Position numbers and translations under genes: made by a program. The notes under the pieces were generated by a model that was not told where the DNA came from, made no database searches, and saw only the letters and a list, made by a program, of their open reading frames with translations. DNA of 64,000 nt from an uncultured delta proteobacterium. GTDB lineage: Bacteria; Myxococcota_A; Polyangia; Polyangiales; Polyangiaceae. Below, piece by piece: positions 13,501-22,596 of the stretch. The DNA is taken from the NCBI GenBank assembly GCA_963696385.1, contig CAVOKF010000004.1, positions 864,001-928,000 on the forward strand, written 5' to 3'. Each line of letters starts with the position of its first letter. Position 1 is the stretch's first letter.

Positions 13501-13679
13501 CTTCGGCAAACAGAAGCAGACCGCGAAAATTGCCGCTGGTGCCGAAGTCGTTGAAGTGACCTTGGATGCGCGTTGGCTCCCTGGTAGAAATACGCGTATC
13601 CCGCTCCGCTGATGACGAGCTGGCCGTTCGACGGCGCCACGGGCAAGCTCCATGAGCTGCGACCGGCCGCCACGGATTG

Positions 13680-13973
13680 TTAGACGGCCCTCTTGGCTTC
13701 GACTTCGGCATCCCAATTCGGCCAAAGCAGCACCGCGGGGTGAACCTTGAGAGCGCGCGCCAACTTCTCGGCGCGCTCGGCTCCGAGCGTCGATCGCCCG
13801 CTTTCGATGCTCGAAAGGGTGGGCTGCGCGATGCCCGTCCGGTGCGCGAGCTCGGCTTGCGTCATCCCCTGCATCTCACGCGCGACGCGCACCGCGGCTC
13901 CGGGCGTCAGTCGGACGCGCACGCGCGACGGGACGTACTCGGTCGGCTTCGTCTTCTTGATCTTGGATGCCAT
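13680..13973 (-). CDS. XRE-family HTH antitoxin (HigA-like)
   Basis: REMQGMTQAELA..TGIAQPTLSSIESG; AAAGGAG RBS; downstream of the toxin gene. Confidence 0.85.
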   Translation of the reverse strand: MASKIKKTKPTEYVPSRVRVRLTPGAAVRVAREMQGMTQAELAHRTGIAQPTLSSIESGRSTLGAERAEKLARALKVHPAVLLWPNWDAEVEAKRAV

Positions 13974-13993
13974 CGCGATCGTTCTCCTTTGCG

Positions 13994-14268
13994 TCAGGGT
14001 CGGTAGTCGTGCGGCGTGACACGTTCGTTACCGTCGTCGTATCCGCGTTCACCCGGTAGAGCACGCGCCACTGGTCGCTTAGACGCGACGATCGGAGGTG
14101 CGCGAGCTCGCCCGTGAGCTTCTCATCGTGCAAGCTCTTGAGCGCCCGAAGTCCGTGCGGGCCGGACTGACGGACGATCGCGCACCAAAACGCAAACTTC
14201 TCCGCAACGTGGTGGGGCAGCTTGTCGATCGCCTTGGCGGCTTGGCGCGCCTCGACGATCGTCCACAT
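13994..14268 (-). pseudogene. RelE/HigB/YoeB-like mRNA interferase toxin, frameshifted near the C-terminus
   Basis: HDEKLTG...RSSRLSDQWRVLY; a plausible C-terminus ERVTPHDYRP* lies in another frame after about 14027. Confidence 0.75.
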
Positions 14269-14277
14269 GCTCTAGGA

Positions 14278-14303
14278 AGTATATCAGCTATAGGCCATGT
14301 CAA
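14278..14303 (-). promoter_or_regulatory. Toxin-antitoxin promoter
   Basis: TTGACA plus extended -10 TGaTATACT, 9 nt before the toxin ATG. The -35/-10 spacing is only 14 nt. Confidence 0.5.
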
Positions 14304-14438
14304 GCACGCCCGTGGCCGCCACACGCGGTCCCTAGCCCCCCCGCGTCAGTGGTCCGCCGGTGCGTGTCGGTGGACCGAGCGGCCGCGCTCGCGAGCTACG
14401 CGCGGCAAACACGCGGCAAGGCGAGCCTACGACGACGA

Positions 14439-14978
14439 TCAAATAGGCTGCACCCTGTCGTCGCGCTCGATCTGCGCACGGGCCCAGGCTGGTCGTCGGT
14501 CAAACGCTGGCGCGGTCGTTGTCGTGATACCCCGCGTGCGCACGAGCGCGACGGCGAACCCACCGAGGGCGACGACCAGAAACGGCAGCGGGGCGAGCGC
14601 GAAGAACCGCAGCGCGACCCCGATGTTCACAAGCACGACCACGATGTTCGCCGCGAGGACCGACACGGGCACGACTTCCCCGCGACGGCGGAGGGCGTGC
14701 TCGACGAGCAAGTTGACGAGCCCGAGGCCGAGCGTCGTGAGTCCCACGCAGAAGCTGTCCCCGGTGAACGAGTCCAAAACCGAACGATGCTGGCCTCCGG
14801 AGACCGGATCGATGACCGTCGCCATTGAAGTCACGAGCTGCGCCTTCTCGGGCGTCATGGCCGGCGGGGCGATATGGTTGCCCACGGTATGGCCGAAGGC
14901 GATCATCACGAGCATCCAGCTCGCCACGCGGAACCACCGCGACCCAGGGACGCTCGGCATCTTCGGTTGCTTACTCAT
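14439..14978 (-). CDS. Hypothetical four-TM membrane protein
   Basis: Four hydrophobic segments; His in TM1 (AFGHTVG). Confidence 0.65.
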   Translation of the reverse strand: MSKQPKMPSVPGSRWFRVASWMLVMIAFGHTVGNHIAPPAMTPEKAQLVTSMATVIDPVSGGQHRSVLDSFTGDSFCVGLTTLGLGLVNLLVEHALRRRGEVVPVSVLAANIVVVLVNIGVALRFFALAPLPFLVVALGGFAVALVRTRGITTTTAPAFDRRPAWARAQIERDDRVQPI

Positions 14979-15250
14979 GTTCTCACCCGGTGACGGTCGT
15001 TGCGATACCGCGCCGGGGGAGGCAAGGAAGAAGGGAGCGAAGGGGCGGCGCGGTGGAACGAAGCGTTCGCGGGTCGCGCCAGCGGCGCACCCATCGAGCT
15101 GCGCCTATTCGGCTGCTCTGGGACGACGCGCCGCCGGCTGCCGTGCGGTGATGCCGATCAGGTTTGGCGAAGGATCTTGCTCGGCCCTATCGGTCGAAAA
15201 TAGGTCACATAAAGACCCGAGGGGTGTCGTTTCATCGGAGCTTGTCAGCC

Positions 15251-16534
15251 GTGATCACGATCGAAGCCACCAACGCCGAGCCCATCATGGCGCTCGTTCT
15301 GGGCGCGCGCGCGGGCGATCCGGCGGCCCTAGGCCGGCTGGTCGAGCTCACGCAGCAGATGGCGTACGGCGTTGCCTGGCAGGTTCTGCGCCGCGAGCCC
15401 GACGCGCGAGATGCAGTGCAGGACGCCTATCTGCGCGCGTTCCGGCGCCTGGGCGAGCTCGATCGGCCCGAGGCGTTCGCCGGTTGGTTGCGGCGCATCG
15501 TCGTCACAGTGGCGCTCAACCGGCGCCGGTGCAGCCGCGCCCAGTGGGTTTCGCTCGACGGCGTGACGGCGCCGCCCGTGCTCGATGCCCACGAGCAGAG
15601 CTGGACGGACGAACAGCAGCGCCTGCTGAGCCGGGCCGTCTTGCGCCTATCGCGGGAGGAGCGGCGTCTGTGCGAGCTGCACTACCACGGCGGCTGGAGC
15701 GCCGATCGGCTCGCGCAGAGCGCGGGCCTGCCGGCGGCGGCGATGCGGAAGCGCCTGCAGCGCCTGCGCGACAAGTTGAGAAGGGAGATCGAGATGGACG
15801 AGCAACGCAATCTGGGAAGTCATTCGGTTCCGGGAGATCTGCCGGCGAGCATCCTCGAGCTCTTGGCGCGGCCGCGTCTGGTCGACCTGCCGGAAAACCC
15901 TGTGGGAGCGACGCTCGCGACTCTGCTGGGCGCGTTCTCGGACTTCGCGCCCATCGAGCTCCCCGAGGAGGTCGATCTCGCGGCGGCGCTCGGGCGGCTG
16001 GGGGGCGACGCCGTGTACATCGATCGCTCCCAGCTGCAGCGCATCGAAGGTGAACGCGTGCTCCGCTACGACCTGACGTTGCCGCTCCTGCTGACTGTGC
16101 GTTGGGACGGTGCGCCGCAGAGGCTCACGGCCGCCGGGAAGGTCTACCGGCGCGAAATCGAGAGCGCGACGCGCCTCGAGGCTTTCCATCAGCTCGAGCT
16201 GTTCGTCATCGACGAGCGCCCAAAGGTCGATTCGTTCTGGCTCGCGGGCCGCATCCTCAGCGCCGTCGACCGCGCGCTGCGCCGTTCCGAGGTGCGGATG
16301 ACGCCGACCGACTATCCGATGTGCGCGCGCGCCTGGAGCCTCGACGTGCGCCGCGACGACGATTGGATCGAGCTCATGGCCTGGGGCGAGTACGCCGACT
16401 GGGTCGTGCGTGCCCTGGGCGCGGACCCGCGCCGGCACATCGCGCTCGGCGCGGGCTTCGGCCTCGAGCGCCTGGCCCTCCTGCGCCACGGCATCGACGA
16501 CATCCGCAAGGTGGCGACGGCCCGCGTGGCATGA
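15251..16534 (+). CDS. ECF sigma factor fused to a PheRS-alpha-like (class II aaRS) domain
   Basis: Sigma part: DARDAVQDAY, FAGWLRRI, MRKRLQRLRDKLR. C-terminal part: GKVYRRE..SATRLEAFHQLE (motif 2) and GAGFGLERLALLRHGIDDIR (motif 3). GGAG RBS before the GTG start. Confidence 0.88.
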   Translation: MITIEATNAEPIMALVLGARAGDPAALGRLVELTQQMAYGVAWQVLRREPDARDAVQDAYLRAFRRLGELDRPEAFAGWLRRIVVTVALNRRRCSRAQWVSLDGVTAPPVLDAHEQSWTDEQQRLLSRAVLRLSREERRLCELHYHGGWSADRLAQSAGLPAAAMRKRLQRLRDKLRREIEMDEQRNLGSHSVPGDLPASILELLARPRLVDLPENPVGATLATLLGAFSDFAPIELPEEVDLAAALGRLGGDAVYIDRSQLQRIEGERVLRYDLTLPLLLTVRWDGAPQRLTAAGKVYRREIESATRLEAFHQLELFVIDERPKVDSFWLAGRILSAVDRALRRSEVRMTPTDYPMCARAWSLDVRRDDDWIELMAWGEYADWVVRALGADPRRHIALGAGFGLERLALLRHGIDDIRKVATARVA

Positions 16535-16686
16535 GGGCGAAAGGCGGGGCAAGCCGGACACCTCGTGTTCTTGAGGGGGCAGAGGTGCGACGCGCCCGCC
16601 CCCGAATGCGCGATCGGCCTGGACCGGGATAGCCTGGCCCGGCGGGGATGAAGTAGTGTGGTGACTGGTATTTGGGGGAGGACTCG

Positions 16687-18150
16687 ATGGGAAGCGCGAT
16701 GGCAACGTCCAACTGGATACGGTGCCCCCAGTGCGACGGAGACGTTCTCGTCGCTGCGGAGTACGTCACGAAGTCGACGGTTCGAGCCCCCGCGTTGAAG
16801 TGCGCTCGATGCAAGACGCTTCATTTGGACGAGGCGGTTGCGCGTTCCCCCGCCGAGCGGGAGTCGGTGCGGATGGCCAAAGCGGAGCGGGCGGCCTTGT
16901 CCCCTTCGGACTCCGACCTCCCCGCCGAACCGCAAACCTTCGACGGTCCGGACCTCTATTCCCATACCTTCGAGGCGGTAGCCGACCGTGTGGGCCAGCC
17001 CGGCGGTAGGGTTTTGCTCGTGGACGACGAAGACATCGTGCGTACGGGCCATGGGCAGGTTCTCACCCGCGCGGGCTGGACGGTCGTCGCCGAAGGCAAT
17101 GCCGGGCATGCGGTGAGGCGCTTGGCGGTCGAGCGATTCGACGTGATCGTGACCGATCTGGTGATGCCCGCAATGAGCGGTCTCGACCTTCTTCGCACGG
17201 CGCGCGAGTACGATCTCGACGTCCCCGTCGTGATTCTCACCGGGCGTCCCGACGTGCAGTCCGCCATGGAGGCCATGCAATACGGCGCGTTTCGGTACAT
17301 CGACAAGCCCGTCCTGCCCGCAACGCTCGTCGACGTCGTCGGACGAGCCCGCGATTTGCACATGATGGCGCGGTTCAAGCGCGAGGCGCTGTCGGTCCTC
17401 GATCTGCCGAATCGCTCTCTGGGCGACCGTGCGGGCCTCGAGGTGCGTCTGTCGAGCGCGCTCGACTCGCTGTGGGTCGCCTATCAACCGATCGTCGCGA
17501 TCGGGCGCCGACAGGTCCTCGCGTACGAAGCACTCGTCCGCAACGAAGAGCCGACACTCCGGAGCCCCCTGGATCTTTTCGACGCAGCCGAGCGCTTGGG
17601 ACGCCTGCACGAAGTGGCTCGAAGGATACGCTCGCGCGTGGCCGCGGACGCCAGTGGACTTCCGGAGTCCGTGCTGCTCTTCGTCAATGTGCACCCGGAA
17701 GACCTCAATGACTTCGATCTCTTTTCCCCTTCGTCGGCCCTCAGCGAGATCGCGAACCGAGTGGTCCTCGAGCTCACCGAACGGGCCTCGCTGGATCGGG
17801 TGGCGGGACTGCAGACCCGCATCGGCAAGCTTCGCGAGCTCGGCTTTCGCATCGCGCTCGACGATCTCGGCGCAGGCTACGCCGGGCTTTCGAGTTTCAC
17901 TCTCTTGCAGCCGGATTACGTGAAGCTCGACGCCTCCTTGATCCGCTCGGTCGATGCGTCACCGCAAAAGCGCAGCATCGTCCGAGCCATGTTGCAGCTC
18001 GCAGCCGGCGATTTGAATTTGAAGACCATCTGCGAAGGGGTCGAGACGACCGCGGAGCGCGACACCCTCGTGGCGCTCGGCGGCGATTTGCTGCAGGGCT
18101 ACCTGTTCGCCCGTCCAAGCCGCGGATTCGTCGACCCGAAGTGGGATTAG
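16687..18150 (+). CDS. REC-EAL c-di-GMP phosphodiesterase with N-terminal zinc ribbon
   Basis: CPQC/CARC; LLVDDE..TDLVMP; YQPIV..YEALVR, DDLGAGY, CEGVET, QGYLF. Confidence 0.9.
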   Translation: MGSAMATSNWIRCPQCDGDVLVAAEYVTKSTVRAPALKCARCKTLHLDEAVARSPAERESVRMAKAERAALSPSDSDLPAEPQTFDGPDLYSHTFEAVADRVGQPGGRVLLVDDEDIVRTGHGQVLTRAGWTVVAEGNAGHAVRRLAVERFDVIVTDLVMPAMSGLDLLRTAREYDLDVPVVILTGRPDVQSAMEAMQYGAFRYIDKPVLPATLVDVVGRARDLHMMARFKREALSVLDLPNRSLGDRAGLEVRLSSALDSLWVAYQPIVAIGRRQVLAYEALVRNEEPTLRSPLDLFDAAERLGRLHEVARRIRSRVAADASGLPESVLLFVNVHPEDLNDFDLFSPSSALSEIANRVVLELTERASLDRVAGLQTRIGKLRELGFRIALDDLGAGYAGLSSFTLLQPDYVKLDASLIRSVDASPQKRSIVRAMLQLAAGDLNLKTICEGVETTAERDTLVALGGDLLQGYLFARPSRGFVDPKWD

Positions 18151-18156
18151 GACGTG

Positions 18157-18272
18157 TTCACGGGGGCAGCGGGCGACTGGGGGTCTTGGGTGGTCCATCG
18201 AGCACGTTACGTACCTTGCGGAGAAGCGTGTTGGGCGTAATCGGCTTTTGCAGGAATTCGATGCCGGAGTCG
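18157..18272 (-). repeat. Duplicate of the last 116 bp of the hybrid kinase gene (copy at 20131-20246)
   Basis: Hand alignment gives 108/116 identical; encodes [37 protein letters not shown]. Confidence 0.95.
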
Positions 18273-18318
18273 CGAATTCCCTGTCGGGGTCGGGGTCGGC
18301 ATTTCCGGGTGCCCCTTC

Positions 18319-19194
18319 TCAGAGGTGGTCCGCGACGAAGCGCTGCGCCCCCATCGGCGGCCTGACGTAACTGTCATCGCGTTGGCGCGCGGGCAGTTCG
18401 ACCGGCTGCGGAGTCAGATCCTCGTAAGGAACGCAGCTCAGAAAGTGCTTGACGCAATTGAGCCGCGCGCGGCGCTTGTCGTCCGCATGGACGACCCACC
18501 ACGGCGTGTCTTGCAGATCGGTGAATTTGAACATCTCGTCCTTGGCCTTCGAGTATTCGACCCAACGCTTGCGCGACTCGAGATCCATGGGACTGAGCTT
18601 CCAACGCTTGATGGGACTATGGTTGCGCGCTTGAAACCGGCTCTCCTGCGCTTCGTCGCTCACCGAAAACCAGTATTTGACCAGGATGATGCCGGAGCGG
18701 ATCAGCATGCGCTCGAACTCTGGCACCGAGCGCATGAACTCGCGGTACTCCTCTTCGGAGCAAAAGCCCATCACGCGCTCCACCCCGGCCCGGTTGTACC
18801 AGCTTCGGTCGAAAAGAACGATCTCGCCCGCAGACGGCAAATGAGCCACGTAGCGTTGGAAGTACCATTGGCCGCGCTCCCGCTCCGTGGGGGCGGTGAG
18901 CGCCGCCACTCGGCAAAGGCGTGGACTCACCGCCTCGGTGATGCGTTTGATCGCGCCGCCTTTGCCGGCCGCGTCGCGCCCCTCGAAGAGGGCGACCACC
19001 CGAAGGCCCTTGTGCTTGACCCAGGCGGCCAGCTTGACGAGCTCATGCTGAAGCTTCAAAATTTCTTCGTCGTATTTGGCCCTCTTCAGTTTCTTTTTCT
19101 TCTTCTGCACGAACTCGACGGTTGACGGATTCGCCATCGCTTTGCCGTTGCTCGCGCTCACGACTGTTGTTTCGCCATTGCTTTTGTTCGCCAT
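18319..19194 (-). CDS. ppk2: Polyphosphate kinase 2 (class I-like)
   Basis: FEGRDAAGKGG, WYFQRY, FDRSWYNRAGVE, WKLSPMD. Confidence 0.95.
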   Translation of the reverse strand: MANKSNGETTVVSASNGKAMANPSTVEFVQKKKKKLKRAKYDEEILKLQHELVKLAAWVKHKGLRVVALFEGRDAAGKGGAIKRITEAVSPRLCRVAALTAPTERERGQWYFQRYVAHLPSAGEIVLFDRSWYNRAGVERVMGFCSEEEYREFMRSVPEFERMLIRSGIILVKYWFSVSDEAQESRFQARNHSPIKRWKLSPMDLESRKRWVEYSKAKDEMFKFTDLQDTPWWVVHADDKRRARLNCVKHFLSCVPYEDLTPQPVELPARQRDDSYVRPPMGAQRFVADHL

Positions 19195-19463
19195 GACTCC
19201 TCCGTGCGATCGCTGACGACGGGCGCACCGAGGCCGCCGGCAGCGGTCCCGGAACGTTCGGTCGGAGCCACCTTGGGACGGGCCCCGTTTCCGTTCGTAC
19301 GTTTGGAGTGTTTCGATACCGGCACGTTCTGTTTTCCACGGGTCGCACGCGTGGCGCACCGATGACCCATGCCACCCCGGCCCCGACCTTGGAGAAAAGC
19401 TCACGATCACTCGAAGCCATAGGCTCGTTCGAAGCGACCTCGACCTCTTCAAGCCTTCGGGCT

Positions 19464-20033
19464 CTACTCGGCCCAGAGCGCTGCCAGTTCGAACTCGAAC
19501 GCCTCGAACGGCTCGGCCCGCACACGTGCGTTGCCCGGCCATGAGCCCAAGCGGAGCCATTTCTCGCGTTCCAGCCGCCAGACCTCGAGGAGCTTCGCGA
19601 GCGGGTCGACGAGCCAAGCGTGCCGCACCCCTTCGCGGGCGTACAAGTCCATCTTCTCGCCCCGGTCGAACGCTTGCGTCGAAGGCGACACCACCTCGCA
19701 AATCCAGTCGGGTGCCAGAGAAATGAACGCGCTCTCCATCGGCACCCGTGGCATGCGCTCGCGCCGCCACCCGGCCAAATCGGGCACCACGATATCCGGC
19801 TCTCCTCCGAGGTGAAGCTCAGGCTCATCGAGGAGAACCCAACCGCCCGGACCTCCGTGGCCCTTGCCGAAAGGTCCGCCCAGCTCGGCGCCGAGCTGCG
19901 ACGCCGCACGCGCATGCGGCACGGCCGGACGGGGCTGCGTGTGCAAGACGCCACCGACAACTTCGGCCACCAGGTGCCTCGGCGTCGCGAGCACGTCCGC
20001 ATACGTCGCGCGGCTTTTCGCCGGGTCGCCCAT
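19464..20033 (-). CDS. Uma2 (DUF820) family PD-(D/E)xK endonuclease
   Basis: PRP..PH, EPELHL, VPDLAGWRRERM, APDWICEVVSPST, WLVDP. Confidence 0.92.
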   Translation of the reverse strand: MGDPAKSRATYADVLATPRHLVAEVVGGVLHTQPRPAVPHARAASQLGAELGGPFGKGHGGPGGWVLLDEPELHLGGEPDIVVPDLAGWRRERMPRVPMESAFISLAPDWICEVVSPSTQAFDRGEKMDLYAREGVRHAWLVDPLAKLLEVWRLEREKWLRLGSWPGNARVRAEPFEAFEFELAALWAE

Positions 20034-20057
20034 GGTCCAACGTTACCACGCGATCTT

Positions 20058-20127
20058 CCCGACCCCGACCTCGAAACCTCGACCCCGACTACCCCGATTA
20101 CCCCGACCGCGACCCAAACCTCGACCC
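20058..20127 (+). repeat. Degenerate CCCGAC hexamer array
   Basis: cccgaccccgacctcgaaacctcgaccccgac...; an inverted shorter array (gtcggggtcggggtcgg) is at 18283-18299. Confidence 0.7.
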
Positions 20128-20131
20128 AGGT

Positions 20132-22111
20132 TCACGCGGGCGGCGGGCGACTGGGGGCCTTGGGTGGGCCATCGAGCACGTCACGCACCTTGCGCAGAAG
20201 CGTGTTGGGCGTAATCGGCTTTTGCAGGAATGCGATGCCGGAGTCGAGCACGCCGTGGTGTACGACCGAGTTCTCGGTGTAGCCCGATACGTACAGGACT
20301 TTCATGGCGGGTCGCAGCGGGGCCAGCCGGTCGGCGAGCTGTCGGCCCGTCATGCGCGGCATGACGACATCGGTCAACAGAAGGTGGATCGTCGCGGTGA
20401 ACTGCTCGCAGACCAAGAGCGCGTCTCCGGCGTTTTGCGCGTCGAGCACGTGGTATCCCTGCGGGCGAAGGATCGCTTGGATCGACGACCGCACCAGGTC
20501 ATCGTCCTCGACCAGCAACACGGTCTCGGTCCCCCGAAGCGTCGTCGGCGGCGGTGGCGCCGAGGGAAGCGCGGACGGATCACGGTCCGTGCACGGGAAG
20601 TACACCTTGAACGTCGTTCCGTGACCGAGCTCCGAGTAGACCCAGATGTGCCCGCCGCTTTGATCCACGATCCCGTAGACCGTCGAGAGGCCCAGGCCCG
20701 TCCCCTTGCCCACCGCTTTCGTTGTGAAAAATGGCTCGAAGATGCGCTCCCGCGTCACCGCATCCATGCCCGTCCCCGTGTCGGTCACCGCAAGCATCAC
20801 GTACGGACCGGCTTTGACGCCCCTGTGCGACGCGGCATACGCCTCGTTGAGCTGGACGTTCGCGGTCTCGATCACGAGCTTGCCGCCGGTCGGCATCGCG
20901 TCGCGCGCGTTGACCACGAGGTTGACGACGACTTGCTCCAGCTGGCCCGGGTCGACCAGAATTCGCCTCACGTCGCGCGCGCCGAGGATCGTGAGCACGA
21001 TGCCCTCTCCAATGAGGGACCGCAGGACACTGTGAAGGCCGTTGACGACCACGTTGACGTCGACCACGCTCGGCTCGAGCACCTGCTGCCTTCCGAAGGC
21101 CAAAAGCTGGCGCGTGAGCGTTGCAGCCTTCCTGGCGGCCGTGACGATGTGCTCCAGGTCGATGCGCGACGGATCGGCCGGCGATGTCTGATCGAGCAGA
21201 AGCGAGCCAAACGTCAAGATGACCGACAAGAGGTTGTTGAAGTCGTGGGCGACGCCGCCGGCCAGACGGCCGACCGCCTCGAGCTTCTGGGCCTGACGGA
21301 GCTGTTCCTCGGTGCGCCTGAGGGTCAGATCGGCCTGCTTGCGTTGTGTGATATCGCGAATGGCGGCTGTGACGACTCGGCCGCGCGGTGTGTCGGCGGG
21401 GCTCAAGCTGATTTCGACCGGAAACTCCGTGCCGTCTTTGCGGAGTCCAAAGAGTTCGAGACCCGCTCCCACGGATCGCGCGCGACCCGATCGGAAGAAC
21501 GCGTCGCGTTGCGGCCGGTGCTGCGCACGGTGGCGCTCCGGAACGAGGATCTCGATGGGGCGGTCCAGAAGCTCCTCCCGTGAATAGCCAAAAAGAGCCT
21601 CGGTTCGCGTATTGACGTACTCGATGCGGCCGTCGCTGGCGACGATCACCATCCCATCGGGGGCGGATTCGAGCAAACCGCGAAACTGCTCCTCGGCCTG
21701 TCGCTTCTGCGTTTCGGCCTGTCGCCGCGCTTCGCGGACCTTGCTCTCGCGGATCTCACGCTCGACCGCCGGCAGAAGCCGCGCGAGCTTGCCCTTCGCC
21801 AAGAAGTCGTTGGCGCCGGCCTTCAGGGCCTCCACCGCCGCGTCCTCCCCAATCGAACCGGACAAGACGATGAACGGGATGTCGAGGCCGCTGCGCTTGA
21901 GAAGGGCTAGCGCCGCCGGCGCGCTGAACGTGGGCATCGTGAAATCGGAGACGATGAGATCCCAGCTGGCGCGCTTTAGGGCCGCCGTCATCGCATCGGC
22001 GGTGTCGACGCGCTCGGATACGACGGCGTATCCCCGCGCTAGTTCGCGGATGAGCAGTTCCGCGTCGTCCACGGAGTCTTCGACGACGAGCACGCAAAGG
22101 GACCGACTCAC
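20132..22111 (-). CDS. Hybrid histidine kinase REC-PAS-HisKA-HATPase-REC
   Basis: [21 protein letters not shown]; two receiver domains; GTGA overlap. Confidence 0.93.
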   Translation of the reverse strand: MSRSLCVLVVEDSVDDAELLIRELARGYAVVSERVDTADAMTAALKRASWDLIVSDFTMPTFSAPAALALLKRSGLDIPFIVLSGSIGEDAAVEALKAGANDFLAKGKLARLLPAVEREIRESKVREARRQAETQKRQAEEQFRGLLESAPDGMVIVASDGRIEYVNTRTEALFGYSREELLDRPIEILVPERHRAQHRPQRDAFFRSGRARSVGAGLELFGLRKDGTEFPVEISLSPADTPRGRVVTAAIRDITQRKQADLTLRRTEEQLRQAQKLEAVGRLAGGVAHDFNNLLSVILTFGSLLLDQTSPADPSRIDLEHIVTAARKAATLTRQLLAFGRQQVLEPSVVDVNVVVNGLHSVLRSLIGEGIVLTILGARDVRRILVDPGQLEQVVVNLVVNARDAMPTGGKLVIETANVQLNEAYAASHRGVKAGPYVMLAVTDTGTGMDAVTRERIFEPFFTTKAVGKGTGLGLSTVYGIVDQSGGHIWVYSELGHGTTFKVYFPCTDRDPSALPSAPPPPTTLRGTETVLLVEDDDLVRSSIQAILRPQGYHVLDAQNAGDALLVCEQFTATIHLLLTDVVMPRMTGRQLADRLAPLRPAMKVLYVSGYTENSVVHHGVLDSGIAFLQKPITPNTLLRKVRDVLDGPPKAPSRPPPA

Positions 22112-22596
22112 GACCGTCTCCGTTCGTGATCGCCGACTGGCGCGGTCTCCCCACTCGACGGCGGACGCTCGTTCAAGACGAGCCAATACTGACCGAGCTG
22201 GCGTGCGGCCTCCAGAAATTCGCTGAAGTCCACTGGTTTGCGCACGAAACTGTTGGCGCCGAGTCGGTAGCTGGAATCGATGTCTCGCCGTTCGTTGCTC
22301 GTCGTGAGCACGACGACGGGCAGCGTGCGCGTTCGCTCGTCGGCGCGCATTCGCCGTAAGACTTCAAGACCGTCCACTTTCGGCAGCTTCAGGTCCAGCA
22401 AGACGACCGCCGGGTGCGCGGTGGGGTCACGCGTTGCGTGCGGCCCGGAGGCGAACAGGTAGCAAAGGGCCTCTTCCCCATCGCGCGCGACGACAATCTC
22501 GTGGGCGACGTGGACCTTCTGGAAAGCCCGAAGTGTGAGCGCGACGTCGTCGTCGCCGTCCTCCACGAGCAGGATGACCTTTGCGCGCAGCGTCAT
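22108..22596 (-). CDS. Single-domain response regulator (Rcp1-like)
   Basis: ILLVED, LLDLKLP, LTTS, GANSFVRKPVDF, YWL. Confidence 0.92.
   Translation of the reverse strand: MTLRAKVILLVEDGDDDVALTLRAFQKVHVAHEIVVARDGEEALCYLFASGPHATRDPTAHPAVVLLDLKLPKVDGLEVLRRMRADERTRTLPVVVLTTSNERRDIDSSYRLGANSFVRKPVDFSEFLEAARQLGQYWLVLNERPPSSGETAPVGDHERRRS

Noticed and set aside
15794..16534. Housekeeping pheS
   Set aside because: In frame with a sigma domain, lacks the N-terminal arm, has altered pocket motifs, and has no pheT or rplT context.
20058..20127. CRISPR array
   Set aside because: Degenerate hexamers with no repeat-spacer structure and no cas genes.
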